Source of the DNA: Gammaproteobacteria bacterium
GTDB taxonomy: Bacteria > Pseudomonadota > Gammaproteobacteria > UBA1113
Assembly (NCBI GenBank): GCA_021773295.1
Contig: JAJFKI010000027.1
Span: 59,885-123,884, forward strand
Direction of reading: 5' to 3'
Length of the DNA stretch: 64,000 bases
Part shown: positions 62,347 to 64,000 of the stretch, piece after piece
How the letters are laid out: each line of letters begins with the position of its first letter
Position numbering within the stretch: position 1 is the first letter of the stretch
Program-made: the position numbers and the translations under genes
The notes under the pieces: model-generated
What the model saw: the letters and a program-made list of their open reading frames with translations, nothing else
What the model was told of the DNA's origin: nothing
The model's database searches: none

Positions 62347-63723
62347 CTAACTAAATGGCCCTTTATCTCTATAGTAAATTTTTTTTAGAAAATCAATGAC
62401 TTGTTGGCTATATTTTTTTGGAACCACAAGTGTAATAAAGCACATCGTACTAACGGCAATCCAATAAAGTAATCTATTGCGAGTATTCGCTAGTAACACA
62501 TGGGCTTTTAATTCAAATATATTTAAATGATTTCGATATTTAGAGACAACACCTAAATATGTTAATAGTTTTTTATGTGTTACAGTTTTCAAAAAGCCAA
62601 GTTTAGCACTACCATTGTTAGCAATTGCACAGACCTCATTGAGGGCATGATCAAATTTATTTATCATAGCAGGATATCGATACTCAGGATTTAATGCTAT
62701 TTCATTATAAGCATTCTCTACAATATCAAGGTAGTTTGATTCGTCATGCAATAGATCTACAATTTCATTGAGATTGCTATGATCACGCCTCAAAGGAAGG
62801 TAGTGTCTATATGGTTTTAAGATCCCTGAATACTCGCCTTCATACAATATCATAAGGCACTTAAGTGCTGCAGCTTCAAAGGCACGAGGAGAAATAACAT
62901 TTATTACATATTTACCGTCAACATCTTTAAAATAAAGTTCAGAGAGCTCATTAAATGTCACATTCGGATCTCTTTGCTCATGTTCTTCGACATTTTTTTG
63001 AATATCACCCGTAAAGTCACACACACTCGATCCACTTTCAGTACCAAGCACAGCTCGACAATTCAATAAAAAATTAATCCACGCTTTTCCATATAATCTA
63101 TCCTCTTCACGACATGATATATCAGTTCTGAGTTCATTGCGGTTTTGTAAGTCTGTTTGTACTTTTTCTGCAATCAGGTACTTTTGCTGCGCATGCTTAC
63201 CAATCCAAGCTGAAAGTTTACGAGCCCGATAGCCTATATGACATGTTCGCTCCGAATGTTTTTTTGGCTTTAATTTCAGTAACCGAGTTTCAACATACCC
63301 TGGGAGCACAGTTTTTTTACATAATGGGGTAGATAGCTTCTTATCAGGATACATTGCATCTTGAACTTCTTTACTAGCGAGACCAAAGATTATACTAATT
63401 CGCATATAATCAAGCGCTGAAAAAGTTGCATTTATCCAACGATAATCATCCTGAATAAATAAAACTTTCATACCAGAAAAATGACGAATCCTTTCTCTAG
63501 CACTAGCATTTAAATAGCTATCATTGCAAATGATAATAGAGTAATGAATAACAACCACATCATATAAAGCTAGATTAATTGATGGTGGTAAATTACCCCT
63601 ATTATTTAGGATATAAACGTTGTGCTGAGAATACTTCTTAAATGCAAAAATATGTTCTTTGATTGTACCAGCACAGCCACGATAATAATCACAGATAAGA
63701 AGTATATTTAATTTTTTACTCAT
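62347..63723 (-). CDS. Putative GT-B glycosyltransferase, paralog 2
   Basis: FIQDDYR, EEDRLYGKAW, GTESGSS and SPRAFEAAAL, collinear with 61008-62342. Confidence 0.65.
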   Translation of the reverse strand: MSKKLNILLICDYYRGCAGTIKEHIFAFKKYSQHNVYILNNRGNLPPSINLALYDVVVIHYSIIICNDSYLNASARERIRHFSGMKVLFIQDDYRWINATFSALDYMRISIIFGLASKEVQDAMYPDKKLSTPLCKKTVLPGYVETRLLKLKPKKHSERTCHIGYRARKLSAWIGKHAQQKYLIAEKVQTDLQNRNELRTDISCREEDRLYGKAWINFLLNCRAVLGTESGSSVCDFTGDIQKNVEEHEQRDPNVTFNELSELYFKDVDGKYVINVISPRAFEAAALKCLMILYEGEYSGILKPYRHYLPLRRDHSNLNEIVDLLHDESNYLDIVENAYNEIALNPEYRYPAMINKFDHALNEVCAIANNGSAKLGFLKTVTHKKLLTYLGVVSKYRNHLNIFELKAHVLLANTRNRLLYWIAVSTMCFITLVVPKKYSQQVIDFLKKIYYRDKGPFS

Positions 63724-63746
63724 AATTATTCACGTATGATAATAAG

Positions 63747-64000
63747 TCAAACAGCCTTAGGTGTTAATTGGAATCCATGTAATCTGGCTAGATGCTGCAT
63801 ACAATCAGGATTGAAGGCTTTTGCTAAAGGTAATATTTGTCGATGAAATTCAGAGTATCCCGTTGCTTTTTCCTCACCAACAATGGCTGGGTAAACAATA
63901 CGAGTTAAGTAATCAAAGATACCCGTATGCATGCGGTCATTTACCTTAAATGACTTTTCTAGCACTGGCATAATTTCTTCAAGAGGAGAATAATAATTAA
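63747..64000 (-). CDS. 3' part of a gene running in from the window edge (function not assignable)
   Basis: Frame is open to the edge (NYYSPLEEIMPV...); ends 23 bp before the next gene on the same strand. Confidence 0.6.
   Translation of the reverse strand, partial: NYYSPLEEIMPVLEKSFKVNDRMHTGIFDYLTRIVYPAIVGEEKATGYSEFHRQILPLAKAFNPDCMQHLARLHGFQLTPKAV

Overview
AT-rich gammaproteobacterial chromosome segment; gene content suggests a Legionellales/Coxiellales-like, probably host-associated organism (inference). Core blocks: holB-tatD-clpA, UDG/rmuC, ETF-QO/etfBA-ald-glsA, ftsK-lolA-rarA-crcB-DUF190-serS-queH, trxB, infA, hslO, and the start of a surface-polysaccharide locus at the right end. An accessory zone (~24.9-37.5 kb) contains a mosaic of transposon debris (Tn3-family tnpA 3' end duplicated as an 86-bp direct repeat, integrase-core IS, tniB, IS1634), an intact tyrosine recombinase, nhaA, and orphan proteins with eukaryote-directed motifs (CaaX box, ankyrin repeats). 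A further orphan with an RVxF motif and basic patch lies at 17.8-18.8 kb. The best candidate for an under-described system is a three-gene DNA-damage cassette at 14.6-17.0 kb: lexA, a catalytically intact Y-family polymerase and a minimal 136-aa SRAP/HMCES-like protein. Its promoter spacer holds an alphaproteobacterial-type SOS box (GTTC-N7-GTTC), and the LexA recognition helix is alpha-like. A ~134-nt rod-shaped, strand-polarised hairpin at 19.04-19.17 kb is an unexplained ncRNA candidate. All calls come from reading motifs by eye; no searches were run.
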